A stretch of 64,000 nucleotides of DNA from Minisyncoccota bacterium (GCA_023140255.1 JAGLLX010000001.1:27861-91860); one strand, 5' to 3'. Numbered from the stretch's first letter, positions 1-9,050 are shown. Notes: a model not told the origin generated them from the letters alone. Translations and numbers: made by a program.

Positions 1-558
1 CAACCTTATTCCAAATACTTGATTTTGTTTCTTGCTTATATAAACACAAAGAATTACATCTAAAAATAAGATTTTCTTTTACACTATTCAGTTCTTCTTT
101 AATTTTTTTAAATTCATTTTTAGGTATCCTTTCCGCAATTGTTAAATGAGGATTAAATTCTTTAATAGACATCCTATAATCACTATAAACATCCTCTACT
201 TTATCTTTTAAAGATTCTATTACTTTCAAAAAAACTTGTTTTATAAAAATATCAGAATTTTTATCAGGAGCAAAAAAGCAACGTTATTCCCTTCTTCAAA
301 ATATTTTATAGAATTAAAATTTAAAGAAAAATTATTTACATCTTTTAAAGAACTTTTTAATAAATTTAGGATTTCTTTTTCTGATATTTGTTTTAAATAA
401 AAAGGTGGATAAATAGTTATATGTGGAGATATTTTATAAGTAGTAAACTTAGCGTATTTATTTCTATACTTATTTACTATTTCATTAATATTTTTAGAAG
501 GATTAATTGTAATTAAATATGAATTCATCCCAAAAGTATACCAAAATAAATTAAACAC
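1..558 (-). pseudogene. 2H phosphoesterase (LigT/ThpR-like RNA 2',3'-cyclic phosphodiesterase), reading frame interrupted
   Basis: ORF 241..558 carries the first H-x-T motif (SPHITIYPP). The second motif (NPHLTIAER) is encoded at about 110..160 in a different frame, after a T/A homopolymer run near 238-250. The gene runs off the window start. Confidence 0.5.
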
Positions 559-600
559 CCCAACTTAAATTCTAAGTTAGGGTGTTTAATTTATATAATC

Positions 601-675
601 TGGGCGGTGTACGGGGATTGAACCCGTGACGACAGTACCACAAACTGTAATGTTACCACTACACCAACACCGCCA
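601..675 (-). tRNA. tRNA-His (anticodon GTG)
   Basis: Cloverleaf readable on the minus strand. Anticodon loop TTGTGGT, T-loop TTCAATC, encoded CCA. Exact 5' boundary (G-1) uncertain. Confidence 0.8.
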
Positions 676-1156
676 TAAATTTATCTCTACCTTCTTTATA
701 ATGATGAACGAGATGATGGCAATTATGACATAACCACACTAAATTTTCAACATTGTTGTTATACCTATTTTTATCTAAATGATGAACAGCCATAACTCTT
801 TCGTCCTTATTTCCACACAACTTACAAATCTTAGGTATTTTATTTCTAGTTAAAACACTTTTATAGGAAGACTTTCCCCCATTCCAGTTAGCATGTTTAG
901 GACCAATAAATTCTTGATTTCTCCATTTAGTCTGACAAGATTTACTACAAAAAAATTTACCACTTTTTGATCTACTTAAATTTACCTTACTTTTATAAGA
1001 TGGTTCTCCACATAAAAAACATTTAATTTCTTTACCTTTTCTTAAACTTATACCTCGACATTTTGCTGAACAAAATCTCCCTTGACCCTTAATAACATGT
1101 GAAGGTTTTGTTTGAAACTTTTTATTGCAGATTTCGCATTTTTTTATTAATGGCAT
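659..1156 (-). CDS. HNH endonuclease with multiple CxxC zinc-finger repeats
   Basis: C-terminal HHLDKNRYNNNVENLVWLCHNCHHLVHH HNH motif; several CxxC...CxxC pairs upstream; 3' end overlaps tRNA-His. Confidence 0.75.
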   Translation of the reverse strand: MPLIKKCEICNKKFQTKPSHVIKGQGRFCSAKCRGISLRKGKEIKCFLCGEPSYKSKVNLSRSKSGKFFCSKSCQTKWRNQEFIGPKHANWNGGKSSYKSVLTRNKIPKICKLCGNKDERVMAVHHLDKNRYNNNVENLVWLCHNCHHLVHHYKEGRDKFMAVLV

Positions 1157-1286
1157 TAACTTAATTATACTAAATAGACACGCTTTAGTAAATTAGCCTA
1201 GTTGTGGAGATAAACCACAAACATATATATACTTAATTTTAATATAAATAAAAAGTGTCGGCTTTTACCGACACTTTTTAGTTTAT

Positions 1287-1859
1287 TTATTTTTTCTCTT
1301 CTTCTTTTTCTGAACTTTCTGTTTCTACTGGTGTTTCAACAGGAGCGTCCATGTTTTCTTCTACAGGAGTCTCTTCTTTTACCTGATCTTCAGCCTTAGC
1401 TTTTTCCTCTTCCTCTTTTACCTTTCTTTCAGCTTCTTCTTTTTCACTCTTAGTTGAAAGAGTTACTATCTTCATCTTTCTCATTTGTCTTTTAATTTCT
1501 CTAGCTACTTTTTCTCTAATGAAATAAAGTTTTGATCTTCTTACTCTAGATCGTTTAATGATTTCAATCTTATCAATTATAGGAGAAAATAGAGGAAAAA
1601 TTCTCTCTACCCCAACTCCACTAGCTACTTTTCGAACTGTAAATGTAGCACCTGCTTCATTTCCGTGTTTTCTAGCTAATACTAAACCTTCAAAAGCCTG
1701 AGTACGAATTTTTCCTTTTTCTTCAATTTTCACCCAAACACGAACAGTGTCACCAGCTCTTATACCAAGAGCCTTTCTGTCTTCTATATTTACTGATGAA
1801 ATTTTAATAGTTTCTAAAATCATATTAATATTTTTATTTATACCGCCAAACTTTATCAT
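1287..1859 (-). CDS. rplS: 50S ribosomal protein bL19 with a long Lys/Glu-rich C-terminal extension
   Basis: Core GDTVRV...AFEGLV...FTVRK...GVERIFP matches bL19. Residues about 120-190 are a KE-rich tail. The true start may be the internal Met (MILETIK). Confidence 0.85.
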   Translation of the reverse strand: MIKFGGINKNINMILETIKISSVNIEDRKALGIRAGDTVRVWVKIEEKGKIRTQAFEGLVLARKHGNEAGATFTVRKVASGVGVERIFPLFSPIIDKIEIIKRSRVRRSKLYFIREKVAREIKRQMRKMKIVTLSTKSEKEEAERKVKEEEEKAKAEDQVKEETPVEENMDAPVETPVETESSEKEEEKK

Positions 1860-1887
1860 AATATGAATTAAGTATCAAGCGATAATA

Positions 1888-2940
1888 CTATTTTTTTATT
1901 ATTTTCAAAGCTTCCTCAAAATCTTCTGGTAAATCAGCTTCTACTTTTATTTTTTCTCCATTTAGTAAAAAAAATTCTATTAAATAAGCGTGTAGAGCTA
2001 CTCTAGTAAAATCTAAAGCAAAATCTCGTTTAGGAGCATATAATTTATCCCCTACCACTGGATTATTTATAGCTTTCATATGTACTCTAATTTGATGAGT
2101 CCTTCCTGTTTTTAAATTTATTTCTAAATAAGAAAACTCTTCATTAAAATTTAAAACTTTATATTCCGTAATGGCTTCTCTTAATTTTCCTTTAGCACCC
2201 CTTTGAGCTGACCATTGACGAAAATCTTTAGAACTTTTTCCTATTTGTCTATTAATAATTCCTTCGTCATCTTTTAATTTTCCCCAAACAAAAGTTTTAT
2301 AAATTTTCTTTATTTCTTTATTTTGAAATTGTTCTTTTAAATTTAAAAAGGCGTCTTGTGTTTTCGCTACAATTAAAGCTCCGCTAGTCTCCCTATCCAA
2401 ACGATGAACAATTCCTGGGCGCTTAATTTTTGTACCGTCTTGTAAGACCAGTGGTTCTCCAACATTTTCTACTTCTGGATAATTTTCTAAAACCCAATCA
2501 CATAAATTAGGTTCTTCCGTTCGTCCGTCAAAATGCACAACTAAACCTACTGGTTTATTCACCGCCACAACTTCACTATTTTCAAATAATTTTTCTATTT
2601 GCAAATTACTTTTTTTAAAATCATTTTTATTAATAATTCTTATTCCTTTAACCCCAATAATAAACAAACCTAAAATTAATATTTTTAATATATAATAGTC
2701 ATTTATATTAATAAAGTCTCTAGTCATAGGAGTGATTTCTCCAATAATCAAATGAATGAAAATGCTAATTGGTAGAGTTAAAAACAGCCAATTTTGCTTA
2801 GGTATATTAATTCTAATTTTCAAAAATATTTTTGATAATGAAGAAGAGAGTAGATAAATTCCTAAAAAAGCTATTATAAAATCAAAAATAGCATATTCAT
2901 AAAAACGAAATTGTCTAAGAAATTCTATTAAAATCATAGT
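1888..2940 (-). CDS. RluA-family pseudouridine synthase with an N-terminal multi-pass membrane domain
   Basis: HRLDRETSGALIVAKT catalytic motif; N-terminal about 130 aa hydrophobic. The track ORF start at 3030 overlaps tRNA-Val, so the start was moved to internal Met at 2940. Confidence 0.7.
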   Translation of the reverse strand, partial: TMILIEFLRQFRFYEYAIFDFIIAFLGIYLLSSSLSKIFLKIRINIPKQNWLFLTLPISIFIHLIIGEITPMTRDFININDYYILKILILGLFIIGVKGIRIINKNDFKKSNLQIEKLFENSEVVAVNKPVGLVVHFDGRTEEPNLCDWVLENYPEVENVGEPLVLQDGTKIKRPGIVHRLDRETSGALIVAKTQDAFLNLKEQFQNKEIKKIYKTFVWGKLKDDEGIINRQIGKSSKDFRQWSAQRGAKGKLREAITEYKVLNFNEEFSYLEINLKTGRTHQIRVHMKAINNPVVGDKLYAPKRDFALDFTRVALHAYLIEFFLLNGEKIKVEADLPEDFEEALKIIKK

Positions 2941-2972
2941 ATTGAATAGTAAATTACTACTACTTAGTTTTG

Positions 2973-3045
2973 TGGGCGATGAGGGATTTGAACCCCCGAC
3001 CTTCGCAGTGTAAATGCGCTGCTCTACCAACTGAGCTAATCGCCC
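2973..3045 (-). tRNA. tRNA-Val (anticodon TAC)
   Basis: GGGCGATTAGCTCAGTTGGTAGAGC... ; anticodon loop TTTACAC; T-loop TTCAAAT. Confidence 0.8.
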
Positions 3046-3111
3046 TTTGTTTAATTAACCATATATTATATTTTTTTATAAAAAAATACAAGTTTATTTA
3101 TTACCTTATTG

Positions 3112-3183
3112 TGCCCCCGGTAGGAATCGAACCTACATCGAGAGATTAGAAAACTCTTGTTCTATCCATTGAACTACGGGGAC
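3112..3183 (-). tRNA. tRNA-Arg (anticodon TCT)
   Basis: GTCCCCGTAGTTCAATGGATAGAAC... ; anticodon loop TTTCTAA; T-loop TTCGATT; 31:39 is a T:T mismatch. Confidence 0.75.
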
Positions 3184-3240
3184 AATTTTTACCTATTTTA
3201 AACACCCAAAATATACCACTAATTAACCTTTAAATCAACA

Positions 3241-3828
3241 TTAAACGAACACTACCCACACAAGTAAAGCTACAATTAAAAGAGTTATGTAATTAAAATA
3301 TTTAAAAGCATAATGAGCCATTTGTTTTCCAAATAATTTTACTAAATAACCCACAATAAAGAATCTTAAACCTCTTCCAATTAAAGAAGCTCCAAAAAAA
3401 GTTAAAATATTTATGTGAAAAAAACCTGCTGAAAGTGTAAAAACCTTAAATGGAATTGGAGTAAAAGCTGAAATGAAAATAGCCCAGAAAGCGTTCTCTT
3501 GAAATAAAGTAGAAACAACCACCATTTGAGTCTGAAGGTTATAGGTATTAATCAAAAACTCCCCTACTAAATCAAAAAAGAAAAACCCAAAAACATAACC
3601 TAAGAGACCACCTAGAACAGAAGCAATTGTAGTTAAGAAAGAATAATATATCCACTTAGATCCATTATTTATTAAAATAGCTAATAAGAAAATATCTGGT
3701 GGAATAATAAAAAAAGAGGCTTCTGTAAATGAAAAAATAGCTAACCATAATTTAGCATTTTCTCCGTGAGAGTGATTGTATGACCAATCTTTCAAAGACT
3801 GCTTAGCTTTATTTAAATATTTAATCAT
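3241..3828 (-). CDS. DedA/SNARE-associated family membrane protein
   Basis: Polytopic protein; FFIIPPDIFLLA-type DedA motif. Confidence 0.5.
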   Translation of the reverse strand: MIKYLNKAKQSLKDWSYNHSHGENAKLWLAIFSFTEASFFIIPPDIFLLAILINNGSKWIYYSFLTTIASVLGGLLGYVFGFFFFDLVGEFLINTYNLQTQMVVVSTLFQENAFWAIFISAFTPIPFKVFTLSAGFFHINILTFFGASLIGRGLRFFIVGYLVKLFGKQMAHYAFKYFNYITLLIVALLVWVVFV

Positions 3829-4255
3829 TATTTTGTTTCTCTAAAAATCTATTTAAAATCAAAGCAGCCGCAGAAGCATCATTTTTCTGTAATTTAACTT
3901 TAGCATGGATCCTATCTTTTTTTCTAATATTTCTTAAATTTTCTCCTTGAATTCTATCAGCTTCTGCACTAGTTAAAAACTCTGGTTCTAAATGTATTGG
4001 TATTTTAACACTTTTTTCTAAGGCTCGCTTAAATTCCAAAATCTTTTTTTGGATAAGGTTGTCTTCTCCGTTTAAATTTTTTGACTCCCCTATTACAATC
4101 ATCTCAATTCTATCTTCTTCACATATTTTCAAAATATTTTCTAAAAGTTTTTTATCATTATCTAAAACTATTTTAGCAAAAGCTAAATTTCCTTCATCAT
4201 CAGAGACGGCGATCCCAATATTTTTTCCCCCATAATCAATTCCTAAATATTTCAT
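3821..4255 (-). CDS. ruvX: Holliday junction resolvase-like protein RuvX/YqgF
   Basis: MKYLGIDYGGKNIGIAVSD N-terminus typical of YqgF. Confidence 0.8.
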   Translation of the reverse strand: MKYLGIDYGGKNIGIAVSDDEGNLAFAKIVLDNDKKLLENILKICEEDRIEMIVIGESKNLNGEDNLIQKKILEFKRALEKSVKIPIHLEPEFLTSAEADRIQGENLRNIRKKDRIHAKVKLQKNDASAAALILNRFLEKQNND

Positions 4256-4752
4256 ACTATTTTACTTAATATAAATTCTAATGAGCCCTCTATCTTTTTA
4301 TTATTATTTAAAATAATCTCATCTTCAATTTCTATTTCTATTATTTCCTTTTCTAATTTTTCAAAATCTACTTTAGTATTTTTTATTTTTCGTTCTCTAC
4401 TTTCTTCAATCTCTAAAAGTTTTTCTATATCTCTTTCAATAAAAAAGCTTTTTATATTAATATTATTTTCCTTACAAAACTCTTTTATTTTATCTACTAA
4501 ATTTTTATCGTTAAAAAGTTCTTCAGTTATGATTCTTTTGTTTCCATTTTCAAACAACTCTTTAATTTTTTCAAAAATTTTTATATAAGAATACTGATAC
4601 ATCTCTTTATTTTCAAAACTAGAATTACTTTTCATAAACTCTCTTTTAAAAAAATCTCCAAAAACTACAGGAGCATCTAATCGCCCACCTAATTTTTCAG
4701 CTATAGTTGATTTACCACAACCAGGTAAACCTCTCAAAATAATTAACTCCAT
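4252..4752 (-). CDS. P-loop NTPase/kinase (AAA_33-like)
   Basis: Walker A GLPGCGKST at the N-terminus; overlaps neighbouring genes by 4 nt (operon). Confidence 0.5.
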   Translation of the reverse strand: MELIILRGLPGCGKSTIAEKLGGRLDAPVVFGDFFKREFMKSNSSFENKEMYQYSYIKIFEKIKELFENGNKRIITEELFNDKNLVDKIKEFCKENNINIKSFFIERDIEKLLEIEESRERKIKNTKVDFEKLEKEIIEIEIEDEIILNNNKKIEGSLEFILSKIV

Positions 4753-4782
4753 ACTTTCTATTCTACCATAATTTAAAACCTT

Positions 4783-5361
4783 CTACTTTTGAATATAAAC
4801 CAAATACTCTTTATTTTTACCCTTTTGACCTAAAATTGGAGATTCTATTATTTCAGAAAAATTTAATCCCAATTCTACAAAATCTTTTTTAATTTTATCA
4901 ATAACCTCCATTAAAAATTCTTCAGGAACCTTTCCTTTTTTTAATAAAGCCTTGTCTATTTCGTAATGCGGTTTTATTAAAGAAATTATCTCCCCTTTAT
5001 CCTTTAATAAAGACAAGGCTTTAGGAATTATTAATCTTTGAGGAGTCCAACTTACATCAATAGAAATAAAATCAACTTTCTCTGGTAATTCTACATGAAG
5101 CGCGTTAACCCCTCCAAGAAATTCAACTCTTTCGTCCTCTTTTATTTTCCATTCTAGAATATTTTTACCAGTATCAACTGAATAAACTTTTTTAGCTCCA
5201 TTTTGTAATAGACAATCAGTAAAACCTCCAACACTGCAACCTAAATCAGCACAAATTTTTCCCTCAACATTTATATTAAATTTTTCCAAAGCAAATTTAA
5301 GTTTCTCTCCTCCTCTAGAAACAAATTCTGGTATCTTTATATTATCTAAAAATTTATTCAT
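4783..5361 (-). CDS. tlyA: TlyA-family rRNA 2'-O-methyltransferase (FtsJ-like, no S4 domain)
   Basis: SRGGEKL ... DLGCSVGGFTD SAM-MTase motifs. Confidence 0.7.
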   Translation of the reverse strand: MNKFLDNIKIPEFVSRGGEKLKFALEKFNINVEGKICADLGCSVGGFTDCLLQNGAKKVYSVDTGKNILEWKIKEDERVEFLGGVNALHVELPEKVDFISIDVSWTPQRLIIPKALSLLKDKGEIISLIKPHYEIDKALLKKGKVPEEFLMEVIDKIKKDFVELGLNFSEIIESPILGQKGKNKEYLVYIQK

Positions 5362-5480
5362 TCCGTTAGAGCTACTTTATTAAAAGTATCTCTAACGGGA
5401 CAAGTCCCTTACTTTTAATAAATATCTTTAAAATTAAATTAGTAATTTTTAACCCCGCCAAATCTCTAACGGGATTCATC
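5362..5480. repeat. Structured repeat/leader element (CCGTTAGAG / CTCTAACGG family), copy A
   Basis: Outer stem CCGTTAGAG...CTCTAACGG encloses inner hairpin TACTTTATTAAAAGTA, then GGGACAAGTCCC and a second CTCTAACGGGA. About 90% identical to 11780..11900. Confidence 0.55.
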
Positions 5481-6647
5481 TTAAAAAACCAAAAGATTTG
5501 GAGCTATTAAAAGCAAAACTCCAAGTATAATCATCAACACACCTCCTATTAAAGAAGATAAGTTTGAATACTTCTGCCCTACTGCATAAAATTTACTAAA
5601 ACCATACAAAGCTAACCCTAAGATTAAAAAATCATCAATCATATATGAAAAAGTGTACAAGAAAATATAAAATTGTTCAGTTAATAAACTGAGATTATTT
5701 AATTCTAAGATTTTAGTGAAAGCCTGAGGAATTCCGATAGAACAAGCAAACTCAATAATATTTACAGAAAAAGCTACTCCAATTATTCCTATAGCAGTTA
5801 AAATACTCATTGGTTTATTTACTAAATTTCGGATTTTTCCTTCTGTTTTAGATTGTTTTTCTAAATCAGTATCACATACTAATTTCCCACGATTCTTCCA
5901 ATACCTATACACAAAATAAATCCCTGAACTTATCGCCAACACCCCAATCGCAGGAGTTATAATTTGATCTAAACCAATAAAATCCCAAGTTCTAAACCAA
6001 AAATTTAAAATTACCCAGTACATTACAGCTTCAGCAAAAATAAACAATCCCGCTACTTGAAACATTTTTTTCTTGTCTTTAATCTGCCATAAAATCAATA
6101 AAAAAGTCATCAATACCCACATAGCACAAGGATTAAAACCATCAACTAGACCTAAAGTAAAAGATAAAGAAAAAAGAGAAAAGTCCTTTAAATTTACAAT
6201 TCCAATAAAAGGTAATTTAAACTCAAAACTTTGTTCTGGGTTAATGTTAATTTGAGGATCTTGATTAATTAAATTATTATTTTTATCAATTAAAGCAATT
6301 ATTTGCTTACCTGTTATCTCATCAGAAGCAAAACCTTGAAAAATATCTTGTCCTATTATAGTGGTTGGTGTAACTTTTGGTAAATTATATTTTTCAGTTA
6401 TAAAATCAAATTGCTGTTTATTCCCTTCCTGAAGCACATCAACTATTATTAAATTAAAATCATCTCGTTCTTGAATTAAATTTTCAAAAAAAACTAGTTC
6501 TTTAGTACAATGAGAACAACCCTCTCTTTCAAAAAGATAAATATCTACTTTATTAACCTCTTTAACTTGAATATCTTCTGCTTTAGAAACTTGAGGTAGA
6601 AAGAAAACCTGAATCAAAAACAATCCTAAAAATATCTTTTTTATCAT
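5481..6647 (-). CDS. Secreted thioredoxin-fold (CxxC) domain fused to a polytopic membrane domain with conserved Cys (DsbD/CcdA-like thiol-disulfide oxidoreductase)
   Basis: Signal peptide; EREGCSHCTKE CxxC; membrane domain with GFNPCAMW and EFACSIG cysteines. Confidence 0.45.
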   Translation of the reverse strand: MIKKIFLGLFLIQVFFLPQVSKAEDIQVKEVNKVDIYLFEREGCSHCTKELVFFENLIQERDDFNLIIVDVLQEGNKQQFDFITEKYNLPKVTPTTIIGQDIFQGFASDEITGKQIIALIDKNNNLINQDPQININPEQSFEFKLPFIGIVNLKDFSLFSLSFTLGLVDGFNPCAMWVLMTFLLILWQIKDKKKMFQVAGLFIFAEAVMYWVILNFWFRTWDFIGLDQIITPAIGVLAISSGIYFVYRYWKNRGKLVCDTDLEKQSKTEGKIRNLVNKPMSILTAIGIIGVAFSVNIIEFACSIGIPQAFTKILELNNLSLLTEQFYIFLYTFSYMIDDFLILGLALYGFSKFYAVGQKYSNLSSLIGGVLMIILGVLLLIAPNLLVF

Positions 6648-6742
6648 GAAGCCATCATATCATTATTGTTTTAAATAAGGAACTAAGATAAAATTAGATT
6701 AAATAGCTTTTAAAATTACTAATTTAATAAAAAAATAAAAAT

Positions 6743-6955
6743 ATGAATTTATTAACATCAAATTTAGAAACTGCACCTATTCCTGTGTGGGCTTTATTAT
6801 TAATAATGTTATGGGTTTTACCTTGGAAAGGTTATGCTATGTGGTTAGCAGTAAAAAATAACCAAAGAAATTGGTTTATTGCATTATTAATACTAAACAC
6901 ATTAGCTATCTTAGATATTATCTATATTTTCTTTGTGAATAAAAAGAAAAAATAA
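6743..6955 (+). CDS. Small two-helix membrane protein
   Basis: 70-aa ORF with two hydrophobic segments, located between a divergent gene and tRNA-Ser. Confidence 0.3.
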   Translation: MNLLTSNLETAPIPVWALLLIMLWVLPWKGYAMWLAVKNNQRNWFIALLILNTLAILDIIYIFFVNKKKK

Positions 6956-7018
6956 AGGTAGATTTTTTGTTGAAATTTTGATAGGATAATCTCTGTAATC
7001 GACATATAAACTCTACAT

Positions 7019-7105
7019 GGAGAGGTGGCAGAGAGGTCGAATGCACCAGTCTTGAAAACTGGAGTGCCTTAACGGGTACCGAGGGTTCGAATCCCTCCCT
7101 CTCCG
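7019..7105 (+). tRNA. tRNA-Ser (anticodon TGA)
   Basis: GGAGAGGTGGCAGAG... ; anticodon loop CTTGAAA; long variable arm; acceptor GGAGAGG/CCTCTCC. Confidence 0.85.
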
Positions 7106-7118
7106 CACAACACAAATT

Positions 7119-7150
7119 AAAAACACCAACTTGAGTTGGTGTTTTTAATT
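7119..7150 (+). terminator. Rho-independent terminator after tRNA-Ser
   Basis: AAAAACACCAAC-TTGA-GTTGGTGTTTTT hairpin followed by T-run. Confidence 0.6.
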
Positions 7151-7181
7151 TTTAAATCTAATTTTATGCTAAAATATCTAT

Positions 7182-7631
7182 ATGGAAAATGAAATTTCAT
7201 GGGAAGCTTTTGAGTATGAATTTAACCCTAAATCTAATAATTGGTTTTGGGTTATTTGGATTTTAGCTCTTGGTCTTTCTGTTATGTTTTATTTGCTTGG
7301 TAATATAGTATTTGGAATACTTATATTAGTAGCAGTTTTTTCTATTTCTGTTTTTGCTAGCCGCAAACCAGATTTAATGATAATTAGACTTAACTCTAAA
7401 AAAATAATTATTAAAAACAAAGAAATTGATCTTGATGATCTAGAGTCTTTTTGGATTGAAAATCAAAAAATTTTATTTAAATCTTTAAAAAAATTAAGTC
7501 CTTATATTATAATCCCTTTGAGCTCAAGAGCTGATGTAGAAGAAATACGAGATTATTTACTAGAATATTTAGAAGAGGAAGAACTCCATGAATCAATTCT
7601 ACAAATTTTTTTAGAAAAGATTTGGTCATAA
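7182..7631 (+). CDS. Hypothetical membrane protein
   Basis: 149-aa ORF, two TM helices near the N-terminus, acidic C-terminus. Confidence 0.4.
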   Translation: MENEISWEAFEYEFNPKSNNWFWVIWILALGLSVMFYLLGNIVFGILILVAVFSISVFASRKPDLMIIRLNSKKIIIKNKEIDLDDLESFWIENQKILFKSLKKLSPYIIIPLSSRADVEEIRDYLLEYLEEEELHESILQIFLEKIWS

Positions 7632-7639
7632 AAATTTTT

Positions 7640-7711
7640 GTCCTCGTAGTTCAATGGATAGAATATAACTTTGCGGAAGTTAGGACGTAGGTTCGATTCC
7701 TACCGAGGGCA
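7640..7711 (+). tRNA. tRNA-Arg (anticodon GCG)
   Basis: GTCCTCGTAGTTCAATGGATAGAAT... ; anticodon stem TAACT/AGTTA, loop TTGCGGA gives G34C35G36; backbone nearly identical to the TCT isoacceptor. Confidence 0.7.
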
Positions 7712-7775
7712 CAAATTTAAAAAACCCCTAGTTAAATTACTACTAGGAGTTCTTCTCTTAAGAACAAGTTTTTTG

Positions 7776-7964
7776 TTATTTTTTAGCAAGAGTAATAGCA
7801 ATAGCACCTAAAAAAGAAACCTTAGCCACTTCTATCAACATCGAGGATGTCGTTGCTAACTGCTCACTAACAGACTCTAAAAAGAACAACGGTATAAACA
7901 ATATAACAATAATCGCAAAGAGTGTTCCACCAACCCAAAGCATAAAATTTCCAAAATCCTTCAT
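7776..7964 (-). CDS. Small hydrophobic protein (62 aa)
   Basis: ORF with two hydrophobic segments. Confidence 0.3.
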   Translation of the reverse strand: MKDFGNFMLWVGGTLFAIIVILFIPLFFLESVSEQLATTSSMLIEVAKVSFLGAIAITLAKK

Positions 7965-8058
7965 AACAACCTCCTTCTCCTTTATTTTTTAATTATTATT
8001 ACTTATCTAATTCATAATTTACATGAATAATAATATAATGTCAATAAAAACAAACAGC

Positions 8059-8080
8059 TCATCTGCCAGCTGGCAGATGA
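8059..8080. terminator. Palindromic hairpin downstream of rpsT
   Basis: TCATCTGCCAGCTGGCAGATGA perfect palindrome flanked by T-rich sequence on both strands. Confidence 0.5.
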
Positions 8081-8100
8081 TCTGTTATTTTTATATTATC

Positions 8101-8373
8101 TTATTTAGAAATATTTTTGATTGACCGTGAAAGAGTAGATTTTTTTCGAGCAGCTGTATTTTTCTTTAAAATACCTCTTTTTACAGCTTTATCAATTGCT
8201 TTATAAGCTTTTGATAATTCCTCATTAGCTTCTTTAGTTTTTTTAATAGATACTAATTTAACTACAGTGTTAACTGCATCTTTCATTGTTCTTTTTTTCC
8301 GCAAATTAAAAATTCTTTTTCTTTCTGAACCTCTAAGTGCTTTTTTTGCTGATTTAATTACTGGCATATGCAA
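8101..8373 (-). CDS. rpsT: 30S ribosomal protein bS20
   Basis: Basic 90-aa protein, SAKKALRGSERKR... typical of S20. Confidence 0.85.
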   Translation of the reverse strand: MHMPVIKSAKKALRGSERKRIFNLRKKRTMKDAVNTVVKLVSIKKTKEANEELSKAYKAIDKAVKRGILKKNTAARKKSTLSRSIKNISK

Positions 8374-8473
8374 GTATACTACCCCAATCTATCTTAAAAA
8401 TCAACTGTTTTAAATTTATTAATTTCTACTAAAATACTGGATACAAAATACCGAATACAGTATACTGTAATTA

Positions 8474-9046
8474 ATGATCTCACAATTAACAGGAGAAATA
8501 TCTTTTCAGGACGAAAATTATATTATTTTAAATGTATCTGGAGTAGGTTATAAATTATTTATAAGCACAGAAACTTTTAAATCTTTAAAAAATACCGTAA
8601 AAGTATTAACTTTTTGGACTCATTTAGCTGTTAGAGAAAATTCTATGGATTTATATGGTTTTTTAGAAAAATCAGAAATGAACTTTTTTGCTTTACTTAT
8701 CACTATTTCAGGAATTGGTCCTAAAACAGCTTTGGGAATTTTAAATGTAGCAAATGTAGATACTTTAATTTCAGCTATTTCCTCTGAAGACACAAGTTAT
8801 TTAACTAAAGTATCAGGAATTGGACAAAAAAATGCCCAAAAAATTATTCTAGAATTAAAAAATAAAATATCAAAAATTGAAAGTACTACTTCAAGTGATA
8901 TTCAAGGAGATATAGATGTAATTGAAGCTCTTCAAGCACTTGGTTATAATCCTCAAGAAGCAAAAAAAGCTCTCCAGCAAACTGATAAAAAAATTACAGA
9001 TGTTGGTAAAAAAATCAAAGAAGCTATTAAATTTTTAGGAAAATAA
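8474..9046 (+). CDS. ruvA: Holliday junction DNA helicase RuvA
   Basis: N-terminal OB domain, ISGIGPKTALGIL helix-hairpin-helix, C-terminal domain III. Confidence 0.85.
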   Translation: MISQLTGEISFQDENYIILNVSGVGYKLFISTETFKSLKNTVKVLTFWTHLAVRENSMDLYGFLEKSEMNFFALLITISGIGPKTALGILNVANVDTLISAISSEDTSYLTKVSGIGQKNAQKIILELKNKISKIESTTSSDIQGDIDVIEALQALGYNPQEAKKALQQTDKKITDVGKKIKEAIKFLGK

Positions 9047-9050
9047 ATTT

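Noticed and set aside
6918-7115. 65-aa minus-strand ORF
   Set aside because: Lies entirely over tRNA-Ser(TGA); its reading frame is simply the complement of the tRNA.
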